Shown: piece by piece, positions 13,051 to 23,579 of the stretch
How the letters are laid out: each line of letters starts with the position of its first letter
Position numbering within the stretch: position 1 is the stretch's first letter
Assembly (NCBI GenBank): GCA_043228905.1
Contig: JBHGNT010000011.1
Coordinates: 3,906,001-3,970,000 of the forward strand
DNA from: Azolla caroliniana
Lineage: Eukaryota > Plantae > Polypodiophyta
DNA length: 64,000 nt
Direction of reading: 5' to 3'
Made by a program: the position numbers and the translations under genes
The notes under the pieces: model-generated
What the model saw: only the letters and a program-made list of their open reading frames with translations
Database searches by the model: none
What the model was told of the DNA's origin: nothing

Positions 13051-13170
13051 CGTACCACCCTTTGGTGAAGTGTTCCATTTGGACCACCATTGTACTGAAC
13101 TTTCTTCAACTAACCTCTTCGTCCGGTCCCTCCATGTCAGTACAATGTCTTGAATACGGCCAAGTCCCAA

Positions 13171-13795
13171 CTAACCTATTTCTGCATTGTTCTTCGGTTG
13201 ATGAAACGGGTTCTGTGGCATGGGTCCATAATATGGTTTAAGTCGGAACCCATTTACCCACTTGTCCAACACCTCGCCGACTAGCATTCCCAATTGATAT
13301 GAGCCCTTGAACTCTCGTGTTATCCAATATGGTCCAGTCCACCGGAACCGTAGCTTCCCCGACATCTTGCCCATCTGGGTCTAGAACACTAGTACCGGCT
13401 TGCCGATTCCAAACATCTTCTCATTACCCTTCCGGTGGCGGTCAACAAATGCTTTCCTTCGTCGTTGCTCGAGTTCCATTTGCATTAGGCTCGCTATTCG
13501 GTGCTCCTCCAGCTCGCATAGTGTTGCTAACCGGATTTTTTTCGACTCCTTCTCGCTCAGTCGCTCCCGGACTTGTATCCGTAAGCTTGGAATCTGGAAT
13601 TCTATTGGCATCACCGCTTCAAGACCAAACGCTAACCGGAATGGTGTTGTCCGGATACTTGTTTTGTGTGCCGTCCGGTAAGCCCATAACGCGCTGCGCA
13701 ACTTTGTATCCCAATCGGTTCGGTTCTCATTGACTATCTTCCAGAGAATGTTCTGCAGAGTTTTATTGGTGGATTCGGCCAATCCATTGGCTTGC
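13171..13795 (-). mobile_element. Ty3/gypsy (non-chromovirus-like) integrase C-terminal fragment
   Basis: QANGLAESTNKTL..WDTKLRSALWAYRTAHKT..TPFRLAFGLEA and GKLRFRWTGPY..VNGFRLKPY. Confidence 0.8.
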
Positions 13796-13829
13796 AATGA
13801 CAAAAAATGAAAGATAGGGATGTGAAAGA

Positions 13830-14030
13830 TGATAAGAAGTGAAGAGATAGAGATGACGATGAGAAGAAACTAGGAGATAGAGATGTGAAGGATGAGAAAA
13901 AACTAGGAGATAGAGATGATGATGAGAAGAAACTAGGAGATAGAGATGAGAAGAAACTAGGAGAGAAAAGACAAAGACGATGATGAAAAGAAACTAAGAG
14001 ATAGAGATGGCGAGGAAGATAGAAAACGAA
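13830..14030. repeat. Purine-rich ~30-bp tandem repeat (gagaagaaactaggagatagagatga)
   Basis: About 5 degenerate copies visible. Confidence 0.8.
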
Positions 14031-14219
14031 GGGATGTTGATGATGGTAATTCTAGAACCAATGACGGTGATGATGGTAACTCTAGAAGCAAGGGCGATGA
14101 CGAAGATGGGTAGTGCTTCTAGTTGGAAGGGATTCAAATTGTCACGGACACACCAAGCGCAAACTAGGACGGAGCACAGATGATGGGGCTACGAGCGACA
14201 GATGAACTTGGAGCTAAAT

Positions 14220-15294
14220 GTGACGAGGCAAAGAACATGGCCGATATCTTCACCAAACCCCTTGGCTTAGACAAGTTCTGGCATTTTTCTGGTGCATTGG
14301 GTGTGCAATACCTCGATATGCCGAACTTGAGGGGAGGAATGAGAAAAACAATCGAAAATTCGAGTCGGAAACCGATTTCGACATCAGCATGACCGAGGAA
14401 GTCGGAGTGCACGGGTCGGTTAAGAAAGTTGAGGCTGGACGCAGGGGGAGCCACCAAAACGGATAACCCAAGCTAGAGCCAACCGAAAAAGGGTGACATA
14501 AAGCCAAGATGGGCAAGAAGACCAAGACACAGACGTGGTTCGATGTCATGCTGGGTCCGAAGACCGAAGACGAGTTGGAGACAACCAACTCGAACAAGAG
14601 AGGGAACGAATCAAAGACATCCGATTCGTTTGAGATGTTTTTTTCGGAGGAGCCGAATCGACTAGAGGCCAAGGGCCAAGGGAGCAGACAAGTCGACCGA
14701 GAAGGTCAAGGTGCGCGGAATCGAATGCATCGCGGGAAGCAGAACTGGACCGGACAAGGAAGGCGAGAAGGTGCCAGGAGGAGCCGGATGAAAGGGCAGA
14801 CGGACACACCACGATCCGAACTCAAGTTGAGCTTGAGGGGGAGTGTTGAGCGGACAAGCTCAACTAGATCCAAACCGGCTTAATAAGCCAGTGACGGATG
14901 GTATCCGGAGCGGAGAATTGGATCGGTGTCCGGATAGATCGATATCCGAAACCTAGAGCTGGACCGGAGAGTTAGATCGTACTCCAGAATAGTGAGAATT
15001 GGTAGGCTGTTGGAGGCCTACGGTCCGAGCCTAGTACATTGGCATATTCCTTGGAGTTAGTGTCAGTCACTCCTATGAGCATTGAAGTACATATTAGTAC
15101 TTCAGTCAGTCCTTTAAAGAACTTGTATAAAAAATGTTCTGTAGGACATTTGTATTTACAGAGTATTATATTTTCTGAATTGAGTTCTATTCTGCTCTCT
15201 CTCTGTCTCTCATGTGTACTCAAGCTTTCCATTAAACCTCCATCCTGTGTTCTGGTGTTATCCGAACTAGCCGGTTTTGTCTACACTTCCGCAC
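14220..15294 (+). mobile_element. Ty1/copia 3' end: RNase H C-terminus, PPT and LTR (14843-15294)
   Basis: NMADIFTKPL motif, ttgagggggag|tgttgag PPT/LTR junction, LTR end cttccgcaca. Confidence 0.75.
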
Positions 15295-16509
15295 AATAGA
15301 TTTTACAAAGGAAGGCCTTGATCGCTTCAGATTCGAGGGGGGGCTGCTTTACAGAGAACAACTCTTATATGTTCCCAAGGGCCAGTGTCGAACTCAAGTT
15401 CTCCAAAAGTTTCTTGACAACCCCTTGGATGGCCATTTTGGTGTTACAAAGACACTATAATTAATCTCACGAGGATATTGGTGGTCTCAACCATGGAGGT
15501 TCGTCAAGGAATTTATCAAGACATGTGATACTTGTGCTCGATCTAATGTTGTCCACCATAGGCCATACGGGTTGCCCCAACCACTTCCCATTCCCAACCG
15601 GCCTTGTGCATCAATTTCCATGGATTTCATCATTGACTTGCCTCTAGTCCACAGATATGACACAATGCTCATCATGGTAGATCAGTTTACAAAGATGGCT
15701 CCTTTTGGCCCTGTGCAAAGACTATTTCGGCAAAAACAACAACCGATCTATTTTTAAAGAATGTGGTGCGGCTTCATGGTTCGCAAACGATGTCACCTCA
15801 AATCGTGGACCCCAAATTTTCTCTCGTTTTTGGCAACGACTCCTTCAGACACTTGGCACATTACTGAATTTGTCTTCATCCTATCATCCTCAAACCGATG
15901 GCCAAACTGAAAGGGTGAACCAAATTCTCGAGCAATACCTTAGGTGCTTGCTTAGCAACCAGCAAGATGATTGGATTGAGCTCCTACCCCTAACAGAGTT
16001 CACATATAATAATACGGTACATGTTTCAACTAGGGTCACCCCATTTTTCGCCAACTATGGTTTCCATCCTCGCTTCAGTATTTCCATCCTTGGCAACTCT
16101 GTCAACCCGTCAGCGGAAACACGTGCATCCTTGCAAAGGACTAATACATTCATTAAGACCTCTCCCTCGAGCTCATCCTTGCAAGGGACCGGTACAAAGC
16201 GCAAGCTGATTGACATTGCTTAGCGAGGCTGGAACTTCCTCCACATTTCCGGATTCATAATGTTTTCAATCCCTCTTTTCTTGAACCTCATCATCCATCC
16301 ACTATTCTTGGAAGACACTCTCCACCTCCACCCCCAATCGAGCTTTCCACATGTGAGGAGTATGAGGTGGACAAGATTTTGAACTCTCGTTGGCATCGAC
16401 GACAACTTCAATAGTTAGTCCTATGGAAAGGCCATATTAGAGGCAACTTGGGAACCAACCCAACACTTGGAGAATGCACCGGATGTTGTTCATGCATTTC
16501 ATCACCAAT

Positions 16510-19471
16510 TGTTATAGGTTATAGGGTTAGGGTTAAGGACGATGATAATCATGATAAAGATAGACATGGTGGTTATGATGATGATGGAGAGTATGGGATT
16601 GATGGCGAGAGAGATCATGTGCATTGACAAGCATTGCGGGGTGGGGGGTGGTGCCTAGAATGGCTCCACCCCCCTCCAAAGGGGATTCAACGTTGAGGGG
16701 GAGAGAGAGAGAGAGAGAGAGAGAGATGAAAAGAGAGATAGATAGAGAGAAATGATTCATTCATTCCCCATAAGGGGTTAAATAGTACAAAGGGGTAGAT
16801 CCACAAGGGTGCAAGCCCCCTTGGCATTCACACCTAGTCACTCACTCACACCTCTTTGTATCTACCACACTCACACTTACATTCACACTCATAATCGTAT
16901 AAAATCACACATACATATCAACACATTACATCTTTCATCCTCACTTATCATAGTTATCCATCACACATACGTCTCGTACGGTAACACAATATGGCACGCT
17001 CGTGGGAGAGAGCCTTGCACGTCGATCCCACATGCCTTGATCATAATTTTTCTTCGACCGGAATTTCCATCGGTCCTCTCAACGATCGACTCCCTCGATT
17101 GAAGCGCTTTGACTCGAACATCTCCGTCGGTTAGCGACTCTTCTGCAACACGAACTTTCTCGTTCTGTCGACTTACGAACTTTGGTAACATCAACGATCG
17201 ACTCCCTCGATCGGAGTGCTTGACTCGAACATCTCCGTCGGTCAGCGAATCTTCATCGACACGAACATTCCCGTTCTGTCGGTTCACAAACTTCGGTAAC
17301 ATCATTTGGGTCGTCGAAAAAACGTTGTATGTATGTGTGTTCTTTTTGTTGATTTTGTGAGTTGTGTGTTGATCGCGTCCATTTCGTTTAGGTTGATGAG
17401 TTTTCAAAATTTCGTAGGTGCCCTTTGATTTTTAAAATTTTTATTATATACCCTCGAGTTTTGAAAATTTCATTCAGTACCCCCAAGTTTCTGAAATTTT
17501 AGGCTGCTACCCTCAACATTTAAAAATTTCTTCGCATGCCCCTCTTCTCTTTTTCCCTCTCATTTTTTTTTCGTGTTTGTCTTCTTAGGTTTTCTCCCGC
17601 GTGTTGTCTGCATCTTCTTCCTCCTCCTTGGTGTTAACCATTGCTTCTTCTCCTCTTCCTGTCTTTCTTTTCCTCCTCTCTCTTTCTTCTTCTCTCTCTG
17701 TTTCTTCCACTTCGTGTCTGTCTATTAATGCCTTTCTCTTCTTCCATGACATCTTCTTTTTCTTCCTTCACTATTCTTCTTCTTCCTTGCATTTCTCTTC
17801 TCTCTTCTTCTTATTTTCTGCATGTCCTCTTTCTTCTCTGTGTTGTCTTTGTTTTGGTTGTCGTGGTTGGTCGTCTGTCCAGGCCGTTTGGCCACTCCGG
17901 CCACTGTTCGGCTATTACAGCCGTTTTGGCAGTTCCTCGGCCACTCTTTGGCCACTCGTCCGTCTCCATCTCCTGCCGTGGCCATCTCCGACCACTGATG
18001 CCGTCCTTGTCCATCCGCCTCCGTTCGGCCACTACGACAACTCTTAGGTCGCTCTCCGGCCTCTCCTCCATCTTTGTCGGTGTCCAGTCGTCGTCGTCCT
18101 CTTCCGACTGTGCATTTGGTCCGTCGTCCCGACCCTCTCGTCCACTGTTCGACAATCGGTGTGGCCGCGCCCTTTTGGCCTCACCGGCCTTTTCCATCAT
18201 TGTCTCGACCGTTGTCCAGCTGCCTTTGTTGCGGACTCCATCACCGTCTCTGTCAGTTTCCGTCTGTTTGAGTCCGCCTCTGTGTCTCCGGCACCATTGC
18301 CATCTCTGTACGGTCATAGTCCGGTGTTGCTGCTGTTTTTTTTGGCCGCCGCTGGTAGTCCGACCTCCTTCGTTTTTCCTGATGTGTCCATCCGACGATC
18401 GTTCATCCGACCGCCTCTATTCCGCTTCGAATGTTGTCCGACCCTCGCTTTTCCGCTACTCTGGCCGAATCTCTCATCTTTGTTAGTTGTCTTGTTTCCC
18501 TAGCGTCTCCATCGCCGCTGTCCAGCGTCGTCATTGTTTGGCCCGTCCGGTCCGACCGCTTCCGTTTCGTCACCGTTCGGCCACTCCGACCGCTCTCCAG
18601 CCACTTTGGCCATTTCTGTGCATTTCGGCCGCTCCCTGGATGTTTGTCTGTTGTCTTCCGACTGTGCGTCCAGTCTGTTTTCCCGGTCATCTGTCCGGTT
18701 CTCTGGTCGCTCAAGCCATTGTTTGGCTATTCCGGCCGGTTTCCGGCCCTACTGGCCGCTCTTTCCGTTGTCTGGCTCGTCTGGCCATGTCTGTGCGGTC
18801 CATCTCCAGATGTCTCTATCGCCGGCCTTGTCGGCCCTGTTCGGCCAGTTTGCAGTCGGTCGTCTGTTTTGGCCGAGGTTTTCCCGTCACCATCCAATCA
18901 TCGTCCGGTTGCTCTTCAGTAGTTGTCCGTCCATTCTGACCGCTCTCCGGCCACTTCGGCCGCTCCGGTTGCTCCTGTCCGGTCACTCTCCGGCCTATCC
19001 GACCGCTCGAATTGCTGTTTGGCCGTCTCCATCTTCGTTGTTGTCGATCTCTATCATTCCACTTATCGCTATGATTGTTTCTTCTTTTTTTCGTTAACAT
19101 GGCCATTTCCAACGCATTGTGGTCGCCATTTCTTGCACATTACTGATTCGATTTGCTACTCATCATAAATTTTATTTCTCGCACATCATCGTCACCATTA
19201 TCACACATTTCGACGTTGTTGTCTCTGCCATGTATTAATCTTCGACTTCGTCTCCAAAGGGGGGTCGCCTTAGTGGTCACCAAAAGGTGTTATAGGTTTT
19301 AGGGTTAGGGTTAAGGACGATGATAATCATGATAAAGATAGACATGGTGGTTATGATGATGATGGAGAGTATGGGATTGATGGCGAGAGAGATCATGTGC
19401 ATTGACAAGCATTGCGGGGTGGGGGGTGGTGCCTAGAATGGCTCCACCCCCCTCCCAAGGGGATTCAACGT

Positions 19472-19511
<40 letters not shown>

Positions 19512-19779
19512 AAAGAGAGATAGATAGAGAGAAATGATTCATTCATGTTTCATTCATTCCCCATAAGGGGTTAAATAGTACAAAGGGGTAGATCCACAAG
19601 GGTGCAAGCCCCCTTGGAATTCACACCTAGTAACTCACTCACACCTCTTTGTATCTACCACACTCACACTTACATTCACACTCATAATCGTATAAAATCA
19701 CACATACATATCAACACATTACATCTTTCACCCTCACTTATCACACTTATCTATCACACATACGTCTCGTACGGTAACA
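16510..19779 (+). mobile_element. Non-autonomous LTR element: LTRs 16510-16986 and 19288-19779, TSD CCAAT, PBS-like tggcacgctcgtggga
   Basis: Two near-identical TG...CA direct repeats. The 5-bp TSD ccaat is at 16505-16509 and 19780-19784. No gag/pol motifs in the internal 2.3 kb. Confidence 0.9.
17080..17303 (+). repeat. Tandem duplication of about 111 bp inside the non-autonomous LTR element
   Basis: caacgatcgactccctcgat...ggtaacat occurs twice. Confidence 0.85.
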
Positions 19780-20379
19780 CCAATATCCACAAAAACCGGG
19801 GAGGCATCTTCGGGGAGGCGGCCTTAAAGGGGGGATAATGTTATAGACATGACAATAGTAATGTCATGATTTGAACCCTTGACCTATTGTATTATAATCA
19901 ATCGATACGTTTTAACCAATATATCCAATACATGGTCATGTTACCTTAGTAGATTATTGTAGATTATCTATTCTATGTGTAGGAGATTTTAGAAGCTTCC
20001 AGAAGCTGGAACATTCCCGAAGCTTCTGCATGAAAATGAGTCTCTACATGGAACTACGTTTAGAGCCTACCAACATGTATAAATACAGGGGTTCACCTTG
20101 GCCTTAGTCAAGGTGATATCATGATATAACATGGTATGATGGTTTCAAAAGGATGAGCCTACCAACATGTATAAATACAAGGGTTCACCTTGGCTAAGGC
20201 CAAGGTGATGTCATGATATAACATGGTATGATGGCTTCAAAAGGATTCAAACCTTAGTACTAATTCTCCTTTACCTTTACTAATTCTCCTTGCCTCTAGT
20301 ATTATCCCTGACAGGTGAACAACACCAATTACAGAAACATAATTCAATTCTTGTTCTCTTGTCTATTCTCTCTCTCTAA

Positions 20380-22356
20380 AGGGGAAACGTGTTGAGAGTT
20401 ATGGTGACTTAACTCTTCATGACTTGTCTATGCATTGTAAGAATTTATATGAGTTATCTCTTGCCGGAAAGATGATGTGTTATGGTTCTCTTTCACATAT
20501 GTCTCCCTTCTTTACAATTGAAGATATATGCATAGGACTTAAGAAATTGGCCTCTCGAAAGGCAAGCGATCTTCAATGTATAAAAGTTGAAATGCTCAAA
20601 TGGACGGGAAAGGAAGCACATATATGGATATGCGATATGTTTAATGAGGCATTGCAACATGGTATGCCATATGATTGGACTACAAATTGGATCAAACCTT
20701 TACATAAAGGGGAGATGTAAAAAATGTAAACAACTATTGAACCATCATGGTTGGTTCATTAATGGAAAAACTTTTTGGATGTATAATGTAATCAAAGATA
20801 AGTGTATGGGCAGAAAAAAATGGTAAGAGAGCTTATGGACAAGCTGGTTTTCGAAAACATCATAGCACCATTGATCATCTTGTCACTCTTCGAGTATTAA
20901 TAGAAGTAAAGGTTTATATTGTTGCTTTGTAGACTTCAAGAAAGCTTTTGATATGGTACCTTGTGACCATCTTTGGAGGCGGATGGAAGAACTTGAGGTG
21001 CCAAGTGAATATATGCTTGCAATTTCCCGAATATATGAGAAGGTTATATGTTGTGTGCATATGAGAGATAGACTTTTAGATTTTTTCAATAGCACTATTG
21101 GTGTTAAGCAAGGATGCCCACTCTCACCAACATTATTTGGTCTATGCATTGATGAATTAGAAGAAATGGTTACCAAGTTTGTAAAGGAAGAATGTGTTGA
21201 AGAAGTTGCCATTGGGAATGTTGTGATTATGCTTTTGTTATATGTGGATGATGTAGTGCTTTTTGCAAATACTTCAGGAGATGCACAAAAGCTTATGAAG
21301 GCATCGGAAACTTTTTGCATGCATACTAGATTAAGTGTCAATAGCTCTAAAACAAAGATTATGCTTGTGAAGAGTCAGAAAAGAGATAAACCATGCATTA
21401 TGTACAACAACGAGCCACTTGAATGTGTGGAAAGCTTCAAATATCTTGGCCTTGAAGTTCCTTCAAATCATAAATGGAATGAATGTGCTACACGCCGCTT
21501 AGAGGCGGGTAAGCGAGCATATTATGCATTTGAGAACACATGCAATCTTGGAGATATTAAGTGTTGGGTACTCAAGAAATATCTTTTTGACACTTTGGTG
21601 ACCCCAGTTCTTCTCTATGGGGTGGAAGTATGGGGCGGTAGCATCCCTAAATCTATGTGGAAAGAGTTTGAAAATGTCCAAAAACATTTTCTTACAAAGT
21701 TTCTACAAGTTAAGAAACAAACGCCCTACACCCTCCTCCTTGAGACGAGATCGCTTCCCATTGAGATCATGGCCATGGAAAGGGTTGTTGAATACATACT
21801 TAAGGTTCAAAAAAGCCCCTCACATCGACTTCCTAGAATTGCATGGGAAGCAAGAAAAAAGATACAAAAGACATATAAAAGCAAAATTTGGTACATGGAA
21901 GCAATGGTTCAAATGGCAGATATCGGGATACAAATTGATACATGTTAGAGCCCATCCAGATATCTGCCATTTGAACCATTGCTTCCATGTGACTTAGCTC
22001 GCATGCATTGAGATGTGAGACGGGGCGTTGGGGCACAAGTGATGAGAGTGGCCGATTATGCACACTTTGCCCTAAACAAGTTCGAGAGTCTGAGTATCAC
22101 AATTTGAGACAATGCTCTGCCTTTGATCATATTTGACCATGCTTTCCACATCTCTTCGATCGAGCCCAATCCTTGCACGAATTTCTCTCATAACCACGAT
22201 GTGCACTCTCGATTGCAACATTCATTAGTAAAGTTCTTGAACATCGAGAGTTGTTACTCACCTTCACACGTATCACGTGAAATGTAATATTTTTGGTCTC
22301 ATATGTCATATTTGACCTCCGAAGACGATAATCTCTCTCTCTCTCTCTCTCTCTCT
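20380..22356 (+). mobile_element. RTE-like LINE, 5'-truncated, with RT domain
   Basis: CFVDFKKAFDMV, GVKQGCPLSPTLFGL, LLYVDDVVL and FKYLG. The 3' end is followed by (CT)n. Confidence 0.9.
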
Positions 22357-22804
22357 TAACTCTTCACGACTTGCCTATGCATTGTGAGAACTTATATGAG
22401 TTATCTCTTGCTGGAAAGATGATAACACGTTCGCGTTCATAAGTGGAAGGATTGCACATTCCACTTGTAGAATCTTCTTGAAAATATCCAAATATACCCT
22501 CTCTACAAAAATTGGATGCTCTAGTATCACATGTTCCACAACTTGATTAGAATTTGCAAATATAAAAATACATGATAGGTCTCCGAGTGGAGAACATTAG
22601 CAATTCAAATAAGTTTGGATGTGTTGATAAGTTAATGTAGGCATAATAAAGTTCAACAATGGCTCAATATCTCACTAATGTGCGACATGGCAAACACTCA
22701 GTTAAAGACTTATATTATTTTGGTAAGTTTTACAAAACTATGAGGTGTACTTGTAACCATACTAATAAAATGAGTTATAATTTATACTTTGACCCATTCT
22801 CGTA

Positions 22805-23080
22805 TGTATATAATTGTGGACAATGTAGGATAGTGAACTTTAGGATAATGTGATTGGAATAACAAACTTATTAAGGTATTTAATACTTGTATTTAAAGTT
22901 GATCTAATCTATTCCTTAGTTTGTTCACATGGGATCAAACCATATGTATATAATTGTGGACAATGTAAGACAGTGAAATTTAGGATAATGTGATGGAAAT
23001 AACAAACCTATTAAGGCTTTCAATACTTGTATTTAAAATTGATCTAATCCATTCCTTAGGTGATTCACACAGGATCAAAC
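22805..23080 (+). repeat. Subterminal tandem duplication of about 140 bp
   Basis: tgtatataattgtggacaatgta...ggatcaaac occurs twice, diverged. Confidence 0.85.
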
Positions 23081-23579
23081 TCCGAACGATAATGCTAGTG
23101 GAACTACACGCATATAAAAACATGCGGATAACACTAGTGGAACCATTATCAACACACTACACAATCTAAGAAGCAATGGAAGAGAAACACAATAGTTTTA
23201 GCAATAGAAGACAAACATTCATAATATATGGACTGGTATATATTAGACACGGAATGACAATCTCGACAATTGATCGCAAATAACAACATGGACAATCATG
23301 GCAACAATTGTACGAGCATGTTATGTTAAGGTAACGTTTGACCGAAATCAGCCTTAATGTAAACTAATTCATGTTTCTCCATATTGGTAGTCAACAATAC
23401 ACACGGTGAAACCAATGTCATAAGTCAACAAACCAAGCATATAGAAATAAAATTGAAACATATAGAAGAATATAAAGAATGGAATACACCAAGTAGAACC
23501 CAAAATTTGTATTAGTAATGTGAATTCCAAACAATACATTTCGTCAACAAAAGAGTCTATTACATAGCAATCAAATCGC

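Larger units (their letters stand above)
15295..20313 (+). mobile_element. Chromovirus (Ty3/gypsy) integrase + chromodomain, PPT and 3' LTR (~19839-20313), interrupted by a nested LTR element
   Basis: GHFG..KT, CDTC, ISMDFIIDLP, YHPQTDGQTERVNQ and EYEVDKILNSR..WEP..LENAP. The frame resumes after 19784, followed by aaaggggggataa|tgtta. Confidence 0.8.

Noticed and set aside
17601-19168. Many overlapping ORFs on both strands
   Set aside because: Low-complexity GC-rich sequence is depleted of stop codons. No domain motifs.
11745-20367. 10-bp direct repeat cttgtctatt as the TSD of a single large insertion
   Set aside because: It does not abut matching element termini and the interval holds several unrelated TEs, so it may be chance.
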